Positions 48,589 through 59,311 of a stretch of 64,000 nucleotides of DNA are shown here, piece by piece. A program made the translations under genes and the position numbers. Numbering within the stretch: the stretch's first letter is position 1; each line of letters starts with the position of its first letter. Source of the DNA: Candidatus Multivoradales bacterium (GTDB lineage Bacteria; Acidobacteriota; Thermoanaerobaculia; Multivoradales; JAHEKO01); contig CBDCXM010000008.1 in the NCBI GenBank assembly GCA_965223855.1, forward strand, positions 96,001 to 160,000, given 5' to 3'. The notes below the pieces were generated by a model. It saw only the letters and a program-made list of their open reading frames with translations. It searched no databases and had not been told where the DNA came from.

Positions 48589-50928
48589 ATGAATCCGTAT
48601 TGCCGACTCGCCATTGCCGTTCTGGTCACTGCCGTCAGTGTGTTCACCCCGATCGTGGCGGCCCAGGAGGTCCCGGCGCCGACGCTCGTTGAGGGCAGCG
48701 TGAAGAGCGAGGGCGAGCAAGCGCTTGCCGGAGTCGAGGTCACGGTGAAGCCGGGGGGTGACAGGGTGGTCTCCGACGCCGAGGGGACGTTTCGGCTTCA
48801 GTTGCAGCCCGGTAGCTACGAAGCGACAGCGCAGCTTGCCGGATTCGAGCCCTCGACCGAGCGACTCGTCGTTCGGGAGGGCGAGCAGGCAACGCTCTCC
48901 TTCTCGCTGGAAGTCGCTGAGACGGTCCTCGCGGAGATCGACGTCACGGCAAGCTATGGAATCGACCGCTCCGAGCCCGTCGCGACGGGCGCCCTGACCA
49001 GCGAGGAGGTCCTGTCGCTTCCGCGCTTCGGCAACGACCTGCTGCGCGGCATCCGCTCGATCCCCGGGGTGACGGGGAAGGAGGTCACCGCGCAGTTCAA
49101 CGTTCGGGGAGGATTGATTCGCGACACCACCCTCCGGATCGACGGCCTCGAGATCTACGAGCCCTACCACATCAAGGACTTCGACAACGGCATCTTCAGC
49201 ATCATCGACCCCGACGTCATCGGATCCCTGGAACTGATCCCCGGCGGATTTCCTGCCGAGTACGGCGACAAGATGGCGGGAGTTCTGGACCTGACGACCG
49301 CGAGGCCTTCGTCCGACCTCTCCGGTCAGATCGGCATCAGCGTCTCGAGCCTCTGGGCGGGCGCCTCGGGCAGCCGCGGCGCCGAGGACGAGACGCGTTG
49401 GCGCGTCTCCGCTCGGAACGGGGTGATCGAGTTTCTGAACGGAGACGAGGAATCCGAGGACGAGGTGAGAAAGGCGTCGGGGCCCAGCTACTGGGACCTC
49501 CTCGGCAGGCTCGAGCACTCCTTCTCGGCCACCAACGTCCTCTCCGTCAGCGCTCTGCTCTCGAGCGACAGCTTCGAAGAGGAGGAGATGGAGCTCGACG
49601 ACTTCGGCGACCCGGAGAGCGACACGATCGATTCGGAGTACGAGAACTCCTACGTGTGGCTCAATCACCAGGGCGCGATCGGTGACTCGATCTTCGTCGA
49701 CACGGTTCTTTCGGCCGGGACGGTCGAGGACGATCGGCGAGCGACCGAGGAGGCGGTCGGAGCCTCCGCCGCGATTCGCGACCTGAGGTCGATGGACGTC
49801 TTCACTCTTCGCCAGGACTGGAGCTTCCAGCTGTCCGCGAGTCACTACCTGAAGTGGGGCGGCGAGGCGCGGAGCTACGACGTCTCTTACGACTACACCA
49901 ACGACTTCGCCTTCGGCGGCGTGCTCGGCTCACAAGGCCTGACGCGCTTCATGGACAGCTTCTCGGCCGAGAGCCAGGCGGTGTACTTCGCGGACCGCTT
50001 CCGGATCGGCGACGACCTGGTGCTCGAGCTCGGCGCGCGCTACGACCGGCAGAGCCACACCGACGAAGAACAGCTCAGTCCTCGTGTGAACCTCGTCTAC
50101 GACCTCGGGCGGGCGGGAGTGCTGCGGGCGGCCGCGGGCCAGTACTTCCAGAGCCAGCGCCCGAACGAGCTGCAGGTCGAGGACGGGGAAAGCTCGTTCT
50201 TCCCTGCGGAGCGTGCGGACGCGCTGATGCTCGGATGGGAACGGTCGTTCGGTTCGCACAACCTTCGCATCGACGCCTACCATCGTGACGTTGATTCGCC
50301 CCGGCCGTACTACGACAACATCTTCGAGACGACGAATCCCAATCCCGAAGCGACCCGAGATCGGATTCTCATCGCGCCGGAGAGCTCGAACGCGCGCGGC
50401 CTCGAGGTCTTCGCGAGCCGCAGAGGAGTCGGGCGCTTCAACTGGTGGGGCAGCTACACATGGTCCGAGGTGACCGACAGAATCGAGGGCAGGGACGTTC
50501 CTCGCAGCTTCGATCAGACTCACGCCGTTTCGTTGAGCGCCACGTATCCGATCAGCCCGAAGTGGACCCTCACCGGCCTGTTCCACTACCGCACCGGGTG
50601 GCCGAGGACGGCGGTGTCGGGCCGCGCGGTGGTCGACCCCGACGGAACCGTCGGAATCGAGCCTGTCCTCGGGGATCTGAGGGCGGAGAGACTCGATGAC
50701 TACCATCGGCTCGACATCCGTGTGAGCCGATTCGTCGACTTCGCCAGCGGCAACTCGCTGGAGTTCTTCGTGGACGTCCAGAACGTCTACCTCCAGGAGA
50801 ACATCGCCGGGTTCCTGGTGGACGACCGGAACTTCACCCTGCTGCCGTCGGGCGAGGTGGAGTACGTCGAGATCACCGAAGAGTCGTTCCCCGTAGTGCC
50901 GTCTTTCGGTGTGTCGTTCCGCTTCTAG
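48589..50928 (+). CDS. TonB-dependent receptor with carboxypeptidase-regulatory-like N-domain
   Basis: Signal peptide; FNVRGG, GGFPAEYGDKMAGV plug; YHRLDIR; C-terminal Phe (GVSFRF). Confidence 0.9.
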   Translation: MNPYCRLAIAVLVTAVSVFTPIVAAQEVPAPTLVEGSVKSEGEQALAGVEVTVKPGGDRVVSDAEGTFRLQLQPGSYEATAQLAGFEPSTERLVVREGEQATLSFSLEVAETVLAEIDVTASYGIDRSEPVATGALTSEEVLSLPRFGNDLLRGIRSIPGVTGKEVTAQFNVRGGLIRDTTLRIDGLEIYEPYHIKDFDNGIFSIIDPDVIGSLELIPGGFPAEYGDKMAGVLDLTTARPSSDLSGQIGISVSSLWAGASGSRGAEDETRWRVSARNGVIEFLNGDEESEDEVRKASGPSYWDLLGRLEHSFSATNVLSVSALLSSDSFEEEEMELDDFGDPESDTIDSEYENSYVWLNHQGAIGDSIFVDTVLSAGTVEDDRRATEEAVGASAAIRDLRSMDVFTLRQDWSFQLSASHYLKWGGEARSYDVSYDYTNDFAFGGVLGSQGLTRFMDSFSAESQAVYFADRFRIGDDLVLELGARYDRQSHTDEEQLSPRVNLVYDLGRAGVLRAAAGQYFQSQRPNELQVEDGESSFFPAERADALMLGWERSFGSHNLRIDAYHRDVDSPRPYYDNIFETTNPNPEATRDRILIAPESSNARGLEVFASRRGVGRFNWWGSYTWSEVTDRIEGRDVPRSFDQTHAVSLSATYPISPKWTLTGLFHYRTGWPRTAVSGRAVVDPDGTVGIEPVLGDLRAERLDDYHRLDIRVSRFVDFASGNSLEFFVDVQNVYLQENIAGFLVDDRNFTLLPSGEVEYVEITEESFPVVPSFGVSFRF

Positions 50929-51081
50929 GAAAGCGGCTGGGAACGCAGCTCGAGTTCACTCGATGTCGCTGGAACCGGGCGAGCTCTATGGAAGTCCAAC
51001 TTGCAGTTGGAGGCGCAGCGCATAGGCTCGCGCCACGTTCCCAGGTGCAGCGGGATGGAAACAGAAATGAAGGAGGACCGG

Positions 51082-53409
51082 ATGACCTCAGCGCGCCACG
51101 CTCTCGCCGTCTCGACCGTACTCGCAGCTCTCGCTCTCGGCGCTGCCGCTCCAGGCAGCTCGACCGACCTGTCCGGCGAATTCGGTCTCTCGGTCCTGTG
51201 GGACCGGGAGCTCGGTTCCGGCTACTCGAAGGTGGCCTTCGCCGATGGCCTGGCCGTCACCGGGTTCGCAGCGGGTGAGGTCGACGTCCTCGCGGCCTTC
51301 GACCCCGAGACCGGGGACGAGCGGTGGCGCTATGAACTCGGGGAGATCTACAAAGGGCACAGCGGCTCCGACGACGGCCCGTTGAGCAGTCCGACTCTCG
51401 CCGATGGGCGTGTCTTCACGGTCAGCCCGCGCGGCAGCGTCGTCGCGCTCAACCTCGCGGACGGGACCGAGATCTGGCGACACCAGCTCGATGAAGAAAC
51501 CGCCTCGCAGCCCTTCTACGGGTTCACGACCACACCGGTGGTGGCTGCGGGCAACATTCTGGTGGCCACTGGAGGTGACGGCCATGCAATCACCGCGTTC
51601 GACCCGGCCACCGGCGAGGTGAAGTGGACGGCGGGCAGCGACTCGGTCCGCTACCAGACACCGAGCCTCTTCGACCTGGGTGGAAGTCCGACCCTGGTGC
51701 TCGTTGGCGACGACCTGATTCAGGGCTTCGACCCGGCGACCGGCGACGTTCGCTTCGAACACGCGCATGGCGAGGGCGGGCGCAGCTCCGAGTCGTCTCA
51801 CGTCACACCGCTCGGCGGTGACCGGTTGGTGGTCAACCACCATGGCGGCGAGTCCGCCATGTATCGACTCGCCGGGGACTCGCTCGAGGAGGTCTGGCGC
51901 AGCCGAGCGTTCCGCAGTTCGCTTGCGGTTCCGGTTCTCGTCGATGGTTACCTCTTCGGCTTTACCGGCCGCTTCCTGACCTGTGTGGATCCCGACACCG
52001 GGGAGATCCTCTGGCGTTCGCGCCCCCCGGGAGCGCGGGCCATCGCAGTCGCCGAGGGGAAGCTCGCCGTTCTGGCATCCTCGGGAGATCTCGTGTTGAT
52101 CGAGCCCACACCCGAGGGCTATCGGGAGCTGACCCGCGGCAAGGTCTTCGAATCCGGAGGCGTCACGGCCGCGACCTTCGCTGACGGGAGATTCCTGGTA
52201 CGCAACCTCGAGCGAATGGCCGCAGTCACGATCGACGCTTCGGCCGCACCGCTGCGGACCGAGGTTGACAGGAGCACGCTCCTGAAGGGCGAGATGCTCG
52301 ACTGGGTCGAGTCCGTCCTGGACCTGCCCGTAGGGGACCGCCAGGCGGCCGTCGATGCGCGCTTCGAGGACATCGAGACCAGCCCGCTCGTAGAGACGGA
52401 CGGCACGGTGCACTTCTTCTACCGTGGCGATGCGGAGGACGTGGGTGTCGACGCCGACGACGCCATCGTCGATCAGAATGACAACGCCCTCTACCGCGTA
52501 GCAGGGACCGATCTCTTCCTGCGCAGCGCCGAGCTCGACCCCAACGCTCAGTACACCTATTCGTACACCATCGACTACGGCGAGCCTCGAATCGACCCCC
52601 GGAACCCCGATACCGTCGACAACGGCTTCAGTGTCGTCTCGGAGCTGCGCATGCCCGGATGGCCGGAGTCGCCGCATCTCGACGAACCCGCCGCAGGTGC
52701 CGCTCGCGGAGTGCTCGACAGCTTCCCGTTCCGCTCGGAGGTCCTCGACAATACGCGCCAGATCCAGGTCTGGCGGCCGCACGACTACGACTCCGACGCC
52801 ATGGCGCGCTATCCGCTTCTGGTCGTCAATCACGGCGACAACCTGCTCCGCGGCGGGTTGATGAGGAACACGCTGGACAACCTGGTGGGCAGGAGTGTCG
52901 CACCGGTCGTCGTCGCCTTCGTACCGCGGGTCGAGGGCTCCGAGTACGGAGGGCCGAAGGTCGATGACTACGTCCGGTTCCTGACCGAAGAGCTGGTGCC
53001 GCACATCGACCGCCACTACCGTACCGACGCCGTCCACCGAGCGATCATGGGACCGGCGTCGGCGGGTCTCACCGCGGTCTACGCGACGCTTGCGCGGCCG
53101 GACATCTTCCAGAAGGCCGCCGCGCAGAGCGTCTATCCGATCGACCCCGCCTTCGGGTTGCTCGAAGAGATGATCGCCAGGGCCAACCCGGCACCCCGGT
53201 CCATCCATCTGGTCTGGAGCCGCCGCGACTACGACCTGGGAGGTGGTGTCACCGCCGAGGGGACCACGAAGGAGCTGCTCGAGCTGCTGCGCGAAGCCAA
53301 GCTCGACGTCACCGAGCAGGTCGCCGATTACTCACCCGGCTGGGGCGGCTGGCGTGGACAGCACGACGAGATGTTGGCTGCGCTGTTTCCGATTCCCGAC
53401 GAGGAGTAG
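51082..53409 (+). CDS. Secreted PQQ-type beta-propeller + E-set + esterase-fold fusion (paralog of 38307-40757)
   Basis: AGGAGG RBS; LGSGYS, YKGHSGSDDGP, FYGFTTTP, VHFFYRG, SEVLDNTRQIQVWRP...RYPLLVV. Confidence 0.85.
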   Translation: MTSARHALAVSTVLAALALGAAAPGSSTDLSGEFGLSVLWDRELGSGYSKVAFADGLAVTGFAAGEVDVLAAFDPETGDERWRYELGEIYKGHSGSDDGPLSSPTLADGRVFTVSPRGSVVALNLADGTEIWRHQLDEETASQPFYGFTTTPVVAAGNILVATGGDGHAITAFDPATGEVKWTAGSDSVRYQTPSLFDLGGSPTLVLVGDDLIQGFDPATGDVRFEHAHGEGGRSSESSHVTPLGGDRLVVNHHGGESAMYRLAGDSLEEVWRSRAFRSSLAVPVLVDGYLFGFTGRFLTCVDPDTGEILWRSRPPGARAIAVAEGKLAVLASSGDLVLIEPTPEGYRELTRGKVFESGGVTAATFADGRFLVRNLERMAAVTIDASAAPLRTEVDRSTLLKGEMLDWVESVLDLPVGDRQAAVDARFEDIETSPLVETDGTVHFFYRGDAEDVGVDADDAIVDQNDNALYRVAGTDLFLRSAELDPNAQYTYSYTIDYGEPRIDPRNPDTVDNGFSVVSELRMPGWPESPHLDEPAAGAARGVLDSFPFRSEVLDNTRQIQVWRPHDYDSDAMARYPLLVVNHGDNLLRGGLMRNTLDNLVGRSVAPVVVAFVPRVEGSEYGGPKVDDYVRFLTEELVPHIDRHYRTDAVHRAIMGPASAGLTAVYATLARPDIFQKAAAQSVYPIDPAFGLLEEMIARANPAPRSIHLVWSRRDYDLGGGVTAEGTTKELLELLREAKLDVTEQVADYSPGWGGWRGQHDEMLAALFPIPDEE

Positions 53410-53479
53410 TCTCCGCCCTCTCGAGCGCGAGACCTGCCGGAGGGACCCGGAGACACCGGTGCTACTGTCGTTGCAGCCC

Positions 53480-54649
53480 ATGCGCCGAGTCTTCGCCCTG
53501 CTCCTGCCGGTACTCGCATGCGCTCCGTCAGCACCGGAGGCGCCCGACGCGAATCGGAGCTCGATCCGGATCGCCATGTTCAACGTCAGGGAACTGGCGA
53601 CGGAGAAGCTCCAGGACCTGGACGCCAACCGCGTCGGTGCGGATCCGCAGCTCCGTGCGGCTGCCGAGATCATCCGCCGGATTCGTCCCGATGTACTGGT
53701 GCTCCAGGAGATCGACCACGACTACAGGGAAGCGGAGGCGCTCCATCGAAACGCGGAGCGCTTCGTCGACGCCTACCTGACCCGGGGAGGCGAGGCCGAG
53801 CCGCTCGACTACCCACATCTCTTCGCTGCACCGTGCAACACCGGCCTTCACTCCGGTCACGACCTCAACGGCGACGGCGAGTTCCTCGAGCAACCTGGCG
53901 ACAGGGTGTACGGCGAGGACAGCTTCGGCTTCGGTCGCTATCCGGGGCAGTACTCGATGGCGGTCCTGTCGCAGTTGCCGATCGACGAGGATGGCATCCG
54001 CACCTTTCAGCGATTCCTCTGGCGGGATCTGCCCGGCCATCACATCCCGCCGGGCTTCTATGACGCCGACGAGCTGGAGGTGCTCCGCCTGTCGAGCAAG
54101 TCGCACTGGGACGTGCCTGTCGTTCTGGAGGGCGACCGGCGCCTGCGACTCTGGATCGGCCACCCGACCCCACCGGGCTTCGACGGCGAGGAGGATCGCA
54201 ACGGCCGCCGCAATTTCGACGAGGTCGCCTTCTGGATCGCCTATCTGGACGGAGAGGAGCGGCTGGTCGACGACGCCGGCGTCGAGGGCGGCCGTATCGA
54301 CCCACTGCCCTTCGTCATCGTCGGAGATCTGAATGCGGACCCGGAGTCGGATCAGGCCCGCTACGACGGCCGGCGGGCGATCAACGCCCTGCTCGAGCGC
54401 CCGGAGCTGATCGATACCGGTCGGGTTCTCGTCAGCAGCGGTGCCCGGGCCGCCGAAGCCGGACGCGCGAGCTCCACCGCCGTCTTCTCCGGTGGCATGC
54501 GAATCGACTACCTGCTCCCCTCGCGCGACCTCGAGGTCGCCGACGGGGGCGTCTTCTGGCCCGATGCGGCCGAAGACCCGACGGGCGCAGCGCTGGCCGA
54601 GGCGGCCTCCGACCACCGTCTCCTCTGGCTGGACCTCGAGCTCGACTGA
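53480..54649 (+). CDS. Endonuclease/exonuclease/phosphatase family lipoprotein
   Basis: Lipobox-like LLPVLAC; LQEID, RLSSKSHWD, GDLNAD, RIDYLLP, SDH. Confidence 0.85.
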   Translation: MRRVFALLLPVLACAPSAPEAPDANRSSIRIAMFNVRELATEKLQDLDANRVGADPQLRAAAEIIRRIRPDVLVLQEIDHDYREAEALHRNAERFVDAYLTRGGEAEPLDYPHLFAAPCNTGLHSGHDLNGDGEFLEQPGDRVYGEDSFGFGRYPGQYSMAVLSQLPIDEDGIRTFQRFLWRDLPGHHIPPGFYDADELEVLRLSSKSHWDVPVVLEGDRRLRLWIGHPTPPGFDGEEDRNGRRNFDEVAFWIAYLDGEERLVDDAGVEGGRIDPLPFVIVGDLNADPESDQARYDGRRAINALLERPELIDTGRVLVSSGARAAEAGRASSTAVFSGGMRIDYLLPSRDLEVADGGVFWPDAAEDPTGAALAEAASDHRLLWLDLELD

Positions 54650-54843
54650 ACGCGCGCCAGCGGGTCGAGGCATCAGAACCTCCTTGCCTGGGCTCAGCCC
54701 GTCCACCCGTCCTCCTGCCTGAGCTGCCCACCCCTCGAGACGGCGACATCAGGCTTCGCCTGAACTAGCCTGAGGTTGCGTACCCAAGAGCTCGCCCGGC
54801 GAAGGGGACGAGACCCCTCGCCTCACCAGAGAGGAGGCGCATC

Positions 54844-56160
54844 GTGAGAGCCCGGTACCCAGGACTGATTCCGGCAGGAGTTGCCTGTTTCGTCGCTGTC
54901 GCCTGTGGACTGTTCCTGCCCGGCTCGGCGACGGCCGTCGAGTTTCGCGGCGGGCAGCATGTGGTCATTCCTGCCGACGAAGTGATTCTCGACGACCTCT
55001 ACGCCACTGGCGAGACGGTGACCGTGGACGGCAGAGTGGAGGGCGATCTGGTCGCCGCCGGTCGGCAGGTCCGGCTGAACGGCGAGGTGACCGGAGACCT
55101 GATCGCCGCCGGCCAGGCGGTGACCATCAACGGGCCTGTCGGCGACGACGCCCGGGTGACGGGCATGGCTCTCGAGCTCGGCCCCGCCGGATCGGTGGGC
55201 GACGACATGGTTGCGGCGGGCTTCAGTCTCGAGACGAAGGCTGGGAGCCTCGTCGGAGGAAGCCTGCTCTTCTCGGGCTTCCAGGCCCTTCTGACCGGCG
55301 ATGTCGCGGAGGCACTACTCGGCACGATGAGCGCTCTCGAGATCCAGGGAGGCGTCGGCGCGGATAGCGAGGTCACGGTCGAAGGTGAGCCCGGCGCGCC
55401 GTCGTTCCTGCAGTACGTTCCCATGCCGGTCGAGCTGCCACCGGTCGCTGGAGGCCTGACAATTGCCGACGGCGCCCGGATCGAAGGAGAGCTGCGCTAC
55501 ACCTCTCCCGACGAGGCACGAGGCGGCGGTGCGAACTCGGCCCGGCTGACTCACCAGACGCCGACTGCAGCGCAGACGGAGGCCGAAGCCACCGCCGGAT
55601 CGGGCTGGTGGAAGCGACTCTTCAGGTGGCTCGGGCTGATCGTTCTGGGGCTGCTGTGCATCTGGTGGATCCCCGGCTGGCTCGATGAGCGCAGCGGTGA
55701 GATCCAGGCCAGGCCCCTGAGGCTCACCGGCCTCGGATTGCTGGGCGTGGCGGCGCTGCCGATCGTAGCGACGCTGGCGCTGGCGGTGCCGATCACGGTC
55801 GCGGTCCTTCTGGGCCAACTCAAGCTCGGTGGCCTGGCGGCGCTGGTGGTCGTGCTCGCGGTGGCGGCCGTGGGGCTGCTCGTCCTGGCGTTCTGGCTCA
55901 CCTCCACGTATCTGGCGCCGTTGCTGGTGGGTCTGTGTACCGGCCGGTGGGCGCTGCAGCGATTCGCCGACGACAAGGCGAGCGGGCTGGTTCTGCCGCT
56001 GACGGCCGGCGTCGTGATCCTGGCGCTGCTCCGGTCCGTGCCGATCGTCGGGTGGGTACTCGGACTGGCCGTACTGTGCCTCGGCTGGGGTGCCGTTCTG
56101 CTCTGGCTGTGGCGCCGGTTCCGGCCCTCGCCACCCACGACGGCCGGAGCGATGAGTTAG
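54844..56160 (+). CDS. Bactofilin-like beta-helix repeat protein with C-terminal TM domain
   Basis: Repeats DLYATG/VEGDLVAAG/VTGDLIAAG; several C-terminal TMs. Confidence 0.75.
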   Translation: MRARYPGLIPAGVACFVAVACGLFLPGSATAVEFRGGQHVVIPADEVILDDLYATGETVTVDGRVEGDLVAAGRQVRLNGEVTGDLIAAGQAVTINGPVGDDARVTGMALELGPAGSVGDDMVAAGFSLETKAGSLVGGSLLFSGFQALLTGDVAEALLGTMSALEIQGGVGADSEVTVEGEPGAPSFLQYVPMPVELPPVAGGLTIADGARIEGELRYTSPDEARGGGANSARLTHQTPTAAQTEAEATAGSGWWKRLFRWLGLIVLGLLCIWWIPGWLDERSGEIQARPLRLTGLGLLGVAALPIVATLALAVPITVAVLLGQLKLGGLAALVVVLAVAAVGLLVLAFWLTSTYLAPLLVGLCTGRWALQRFADDKASGLVLPLTAGVVILALLRSVPIVGWVLGLAVLCLGWGAVLLWLWRRFRPSPPTTAGAMS

Positions 56161-56226
56161 CACGACGCCCGTGTCTGCGAGGACCGGATCCTCGAAGACC
56201 AGCCGCGGGCAGGCCAGGCTGTGACT

Positions 56227-57141
56227 TCAGAAGACCGAGAGGCCTGTCTTCGTGGTCAGCAGCTCGAGAGCGAGCGTACCGGCCAACGAGTTGCCGCTGG
56301 GATCGAGCGCCGGCGACCAGACCGCCACCGTCCAGTGCCCCGGTAGCACCGCCGCGATGCCGCCGCCGACGCCGCTCTTGCCCGGCAGCCCCACCCGGTA
56401 GGCAAAGTCGCCGGCAGCGTCGTAGACGCCGCAGGTCAGGAGCAGCGCGTTGGTTCGTTTGGCGAGGCTCGGCGTCAGCGGGCGCTCGCCTGTGTGCGGG
56501 GCGACGCCCCCCTGCGCCAGGTACTGGAAGGCGCCCGCCAGCTCCGCGCACGTAAGTGCCAGACTGCAGTGGTGGACGTAGAGGTCGAGCACCGCCTCGA
56601 TCGTGTTTTCGAGATTGCCGAAGCTCTTGAGGAAGTGCGCCAGCGCGGCATTGCGATCCCCCCACTCGCGCTCGGAGCGCACGACCTCTCCGTCGTAGCG
56701 GGGGTCGTCGCAGCCGCAGGCGCCGTCGAGGAACTCGAGGATCCGGCGCTTCGGGTCGTCGAGGTGGGAGAGGAGGACATCGGCAACGACGAGCGCACCG
56801 GCGTTGATCAGCGGATTGCGGGGGATGCCGTTCTCGCTCTCGAGCTGGACGAGCGAGTTGAACGGTGTTCCGGACGGCTCCCGGCCGACACGGTCGAAGA
56901 GCGCTTCGCCGATCCGGCCGAGGGCGAGGGTCAGAGTGAAGACCTTGGAGATGCTCTGAATCGAGAAGCGCTCGTGAGCATCGCCGACGGTGTAGAGATC
57001 ACCGTCCACGGTCCTCAGCGCCATGCCGAACTTCGAGGCCGGAGTTCGACCGAGGGCCGGAATGTAGTCGGCAACCCGGCCCTCGCCGACGCTCGGCTCG
57101 ACTTCGCGGTGGATCTCTTCGAGGATCGCCTGGTAGTCCAC
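56227..57141 (-). CDS. glsA: Glutaminase
   Basis: GRVADYIPAL, FSIQSISK, GREPSG.PFNS, PGKSGVGGG; GTG 57141 after GGGAG. Confidence 0.93.
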   Translation of the reverse strand: MDYQAILEEIHREVEPSVGEGRVADYIPALGRTPASKFGMALRTVDGDLYTVGDAHERFSIQSISKVFTLTLALGRIGEALFDRVGREPSGTPFNSLVQLESENGIPRNPLINAGALVVADVLLSHLDDPKRRILEFLDGACGCDDPRYDGEVVRSEREWGDRNAALAHFLKSFGNLENTIEAVLDLYVHHCSLALTCAELAGAFQYLAQGGVAPHTGERPLTPSLAKRTNALLLTCGVYDAAGDFAYRVGLPGKSGVGGGIAAVLPGHWTVAVWSPALDPSGNSLAGTLALELLTTKTGLSVF

Positions 57142-57296
57142 GCAGCTCCCTTCTGCACCTGTCATCGAGAGCCAGGAGGAGACTGGCTGCTCCGGCGGGG
57201 AGACGCCCCTGAGTCAGGCGCTCTCGACGCGGAGAGTCTGGCACAAGTCCAGCGCGCCGGCGTCTGCTCGACAGCCGTGCAGGCGCACCTTCGAGC

Positions 57297-57788
57297 TCAC
57301 CCCGCCGGGTCCCCCAGAGCGTAGTTCGGCAGGCTCCGCTTCCCCCGGTGGCCGAAGATCAGCGCGGTCTCGATGTGGTCGACCTCCTCTCGGGTCGAGA
57401 AGGCGTCGAGAGCGACGTCACGCAGATGGGCGGCATCGCGAACCACGACGTGAAGCAGGAAGTCGTTGGCGCCGGCGACGTGGAAGACGTTGATCGTCTC
57501 CGGCTGTGCCAGCGCGTGCTCCTGAAAGCTGTCGATCAACTCCCGCGAGTGGCGGTGCAACCGGATCGAGATCATCGCCTCGAGGCCGATCGCCAGCGCC
57601 TCGAGATCCACCTCGGCGTGGAACCCCCGAAGCGTTCCGTCGGCCCGTAGCCGACGAACTCGCTCGAGGCAGCTCGACGGCGCCAGGTGGACCCGCGCAG
57701 AGAGCTCCTTGTTGGACAACCGTCCATCCTTCTGCAAGGCATCCAGAATGGCGAAGTCGATACGGTCGAGCGGTCTCCTGGCAGGCAT
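57297..57788 (-). CDS. Lrp/AsnC transcriptional regulator
   Basis: LDRIDFAILDALQKDGRLSNKELS...CLERVRRL; divergent from the Met gamma-lyase. Confidence 0.88.
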   Translation of the reverse strand: MPARRPLDRIDFAILDALQKDGRLSNKELSARVHLAPSSCLERVRRLRADGTLRGFHAEVDLEALAIGLEAMISIRLHRHSRELIDSFQEHALAQPETINVFHVAGANDFLLHVVVRDAAHLRDVALDAFSTREEVDHIETALIFGHRGKRSLPNYALGDPAG

Positions 57789-57846
57789 ATTCCGCATTCT
57801 ATTCGATGGACTACCCCTGTTGGAAGACGATATTCTTATATCAGCC

Positions 57847-59205
57847 ATGAGAAACGAACATAGACCGGAAGCCTCCCTGCCGACGGCCGGCGGTGCCGAG
57901 CATCGGCCGACCTTCGATCCGATCGAATCGCTGGCCGACCTGCGCCACGAGTTCGGCGAGCACGGCGGCGTCAACATGTCGATCGAGACGAGCACCACCT
58001 TCACTGTGATGGAGCCGGAGACGATGCCGGACATCTTCGCCGGCCGCCAGGGCCCGGAGGCCGGCGGGTGCTATCTCTACGGACGACACTTCAACCCGAC
58101 GGTCTATGTTCTCGGCAAGCAGTTGGCCGCGCTCGAGGGATCCGACGCCGCCTACTGCACGTCGAGCGGCATGGCGGCGATCTCCTCCACCCTCCTTCAG
58201 CTGTGCTCGGCCAACGACCACATCGTCGCCAGCCATGCGATCTACGGAGGAACCTACGCCCTTCTCCATGACTACTTGCCGCGCGCCACGGGCCTCGATG
58301 TCAGTTTCGTAGACCTCGCAGACCTCGATGCGGTCGAGCGCGCGCTCGCGACCAGGCGGACACGCGCGCTCTACGTCGAAACGCTCTCCAACCCGACATT
58401 GAGAGTCGCGGACATCCCGCGCCTCGCCGAACTGGCGCACGCCCACGGCGCCCGTCTCGTCGTCGACAACACGTTCTCCCCGCTCATCGTCTCTCCCATT
58501 CGCCTCGGTGCCGACATCGTGGTCCATAGCCTGACGAAGTTCATCGGCGGCGCCTCCGACATGATCGGCGGAGCGATCTGCGCGTCGTCCGACTTCATCG
58601 CCCAGCTGATGGACCTTCACAACGGCTCGCTGATGCTCCTCGGCCCGACGATGGATCCGCGGGTCGCCTACAACCTGAGTGTCCGGCTCCCCCATCTCGG
58701 ACTCCGGATGGCGGAGCACGGACGAAGAGCCCGGCTCTTCGCAGAGCGGCTGAGCGCGAAGGGGCTCGAGGTTCTCTACCCCGGCCTCCCCTCCCACCCC
58801 GACTACGATCTTCTCCGGCGCCTCAGCCCGGTCGACTGGCGAGGCGGCGGTGTGTTCTGCCTCGACATGAGAACCACCGAACGGGCGAGCAGACTGATGG
58901 AGATTCTCCAGAACAGGGACCGATTCGGCTACATGGCCGTGAGCCTCGGCTATTTCGACACCCTGCTCTCCTGCCCCGCGGTCTCGACGTCGAGCGAGCT
59001 GTCCACGTCTGCACTCGAAGAGGCCGGCATCCGCCCGGGACTGGTCCGCGTCTCGATCGGTTACACCGGTTCCGTCGAGCAGCGCTGGGCGCAACTCGAA
59101 GCCGCCCTCGAGGACTTCGAGGCCGACTTCGCCGTCCCGGCGCCCACTCATCCCCGACACGCCGCCCCACCACGCAGCCCCGCTCGATACAACGGAGCGG
59201 CCTGA
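57847..59205 (+). CDS. Methionine gamma-lyase-like PLP enzyme (Cys/Met metabolism)
   Basis: EFGEHGGVNMSIE, YLYGRHFNPT, SGMAAI, VDNTF, HSLTKFIGG, AVSLG. Confidence 0.88.
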   Translation: MRNEHRPEASLPTAGGAEHRPTFDPIESLADLRHEFGEHGGVNMSIETSTTFTVMEPETMPDIFAGRQGPEAGGCYLYGRHFNPTVYVLGKQLAALEGSDAAYCTSSGMAAISSTLLQLCSANDHIVASHAIYGGTYALLHDYLPRATGLDVSFVDLADLDAVERALATRRTRALYVETLSNPTLRVADIPRLAELAHAHGARLVVDNTFSPLIVSPIRLGADIVVHSLTKFIGGASDMIGGAICASSDFIAQLMDLHNGSLMLLGPTMDPRVAYNLSVRLPHLGLRMAEHGRRARLFAERLSAKGLEVLYPGLPSHPDYDLLRRLSPVDWRGGGVFCLDMRTTERASRLMEILQNRDRFGYMAVSLGYFDTLLSCPAVSTSSELSTSALEEAGIRPGLVRVSIGYTGSVEQRWAQLEAALEDFEADFAVPAPTHPRHAAPPRSPARYNGAA

Positions 59206-59311
59206 GCGGGCTCCAGGCCCGCAGGGGGCGGCCGGCTTCTCGGCTGCTCACAGGAAGAAGCCTCCGGGAACCGCTGTTGGAATTGGCTAGAATCCTCCGG
59301 AGGAGATGACC

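Noticed and set aside
47700-53409. Possible genomic island next to selC
   Set aside because: On the 5' side of the tRNA; no integrase, att repeat or mobility genes.
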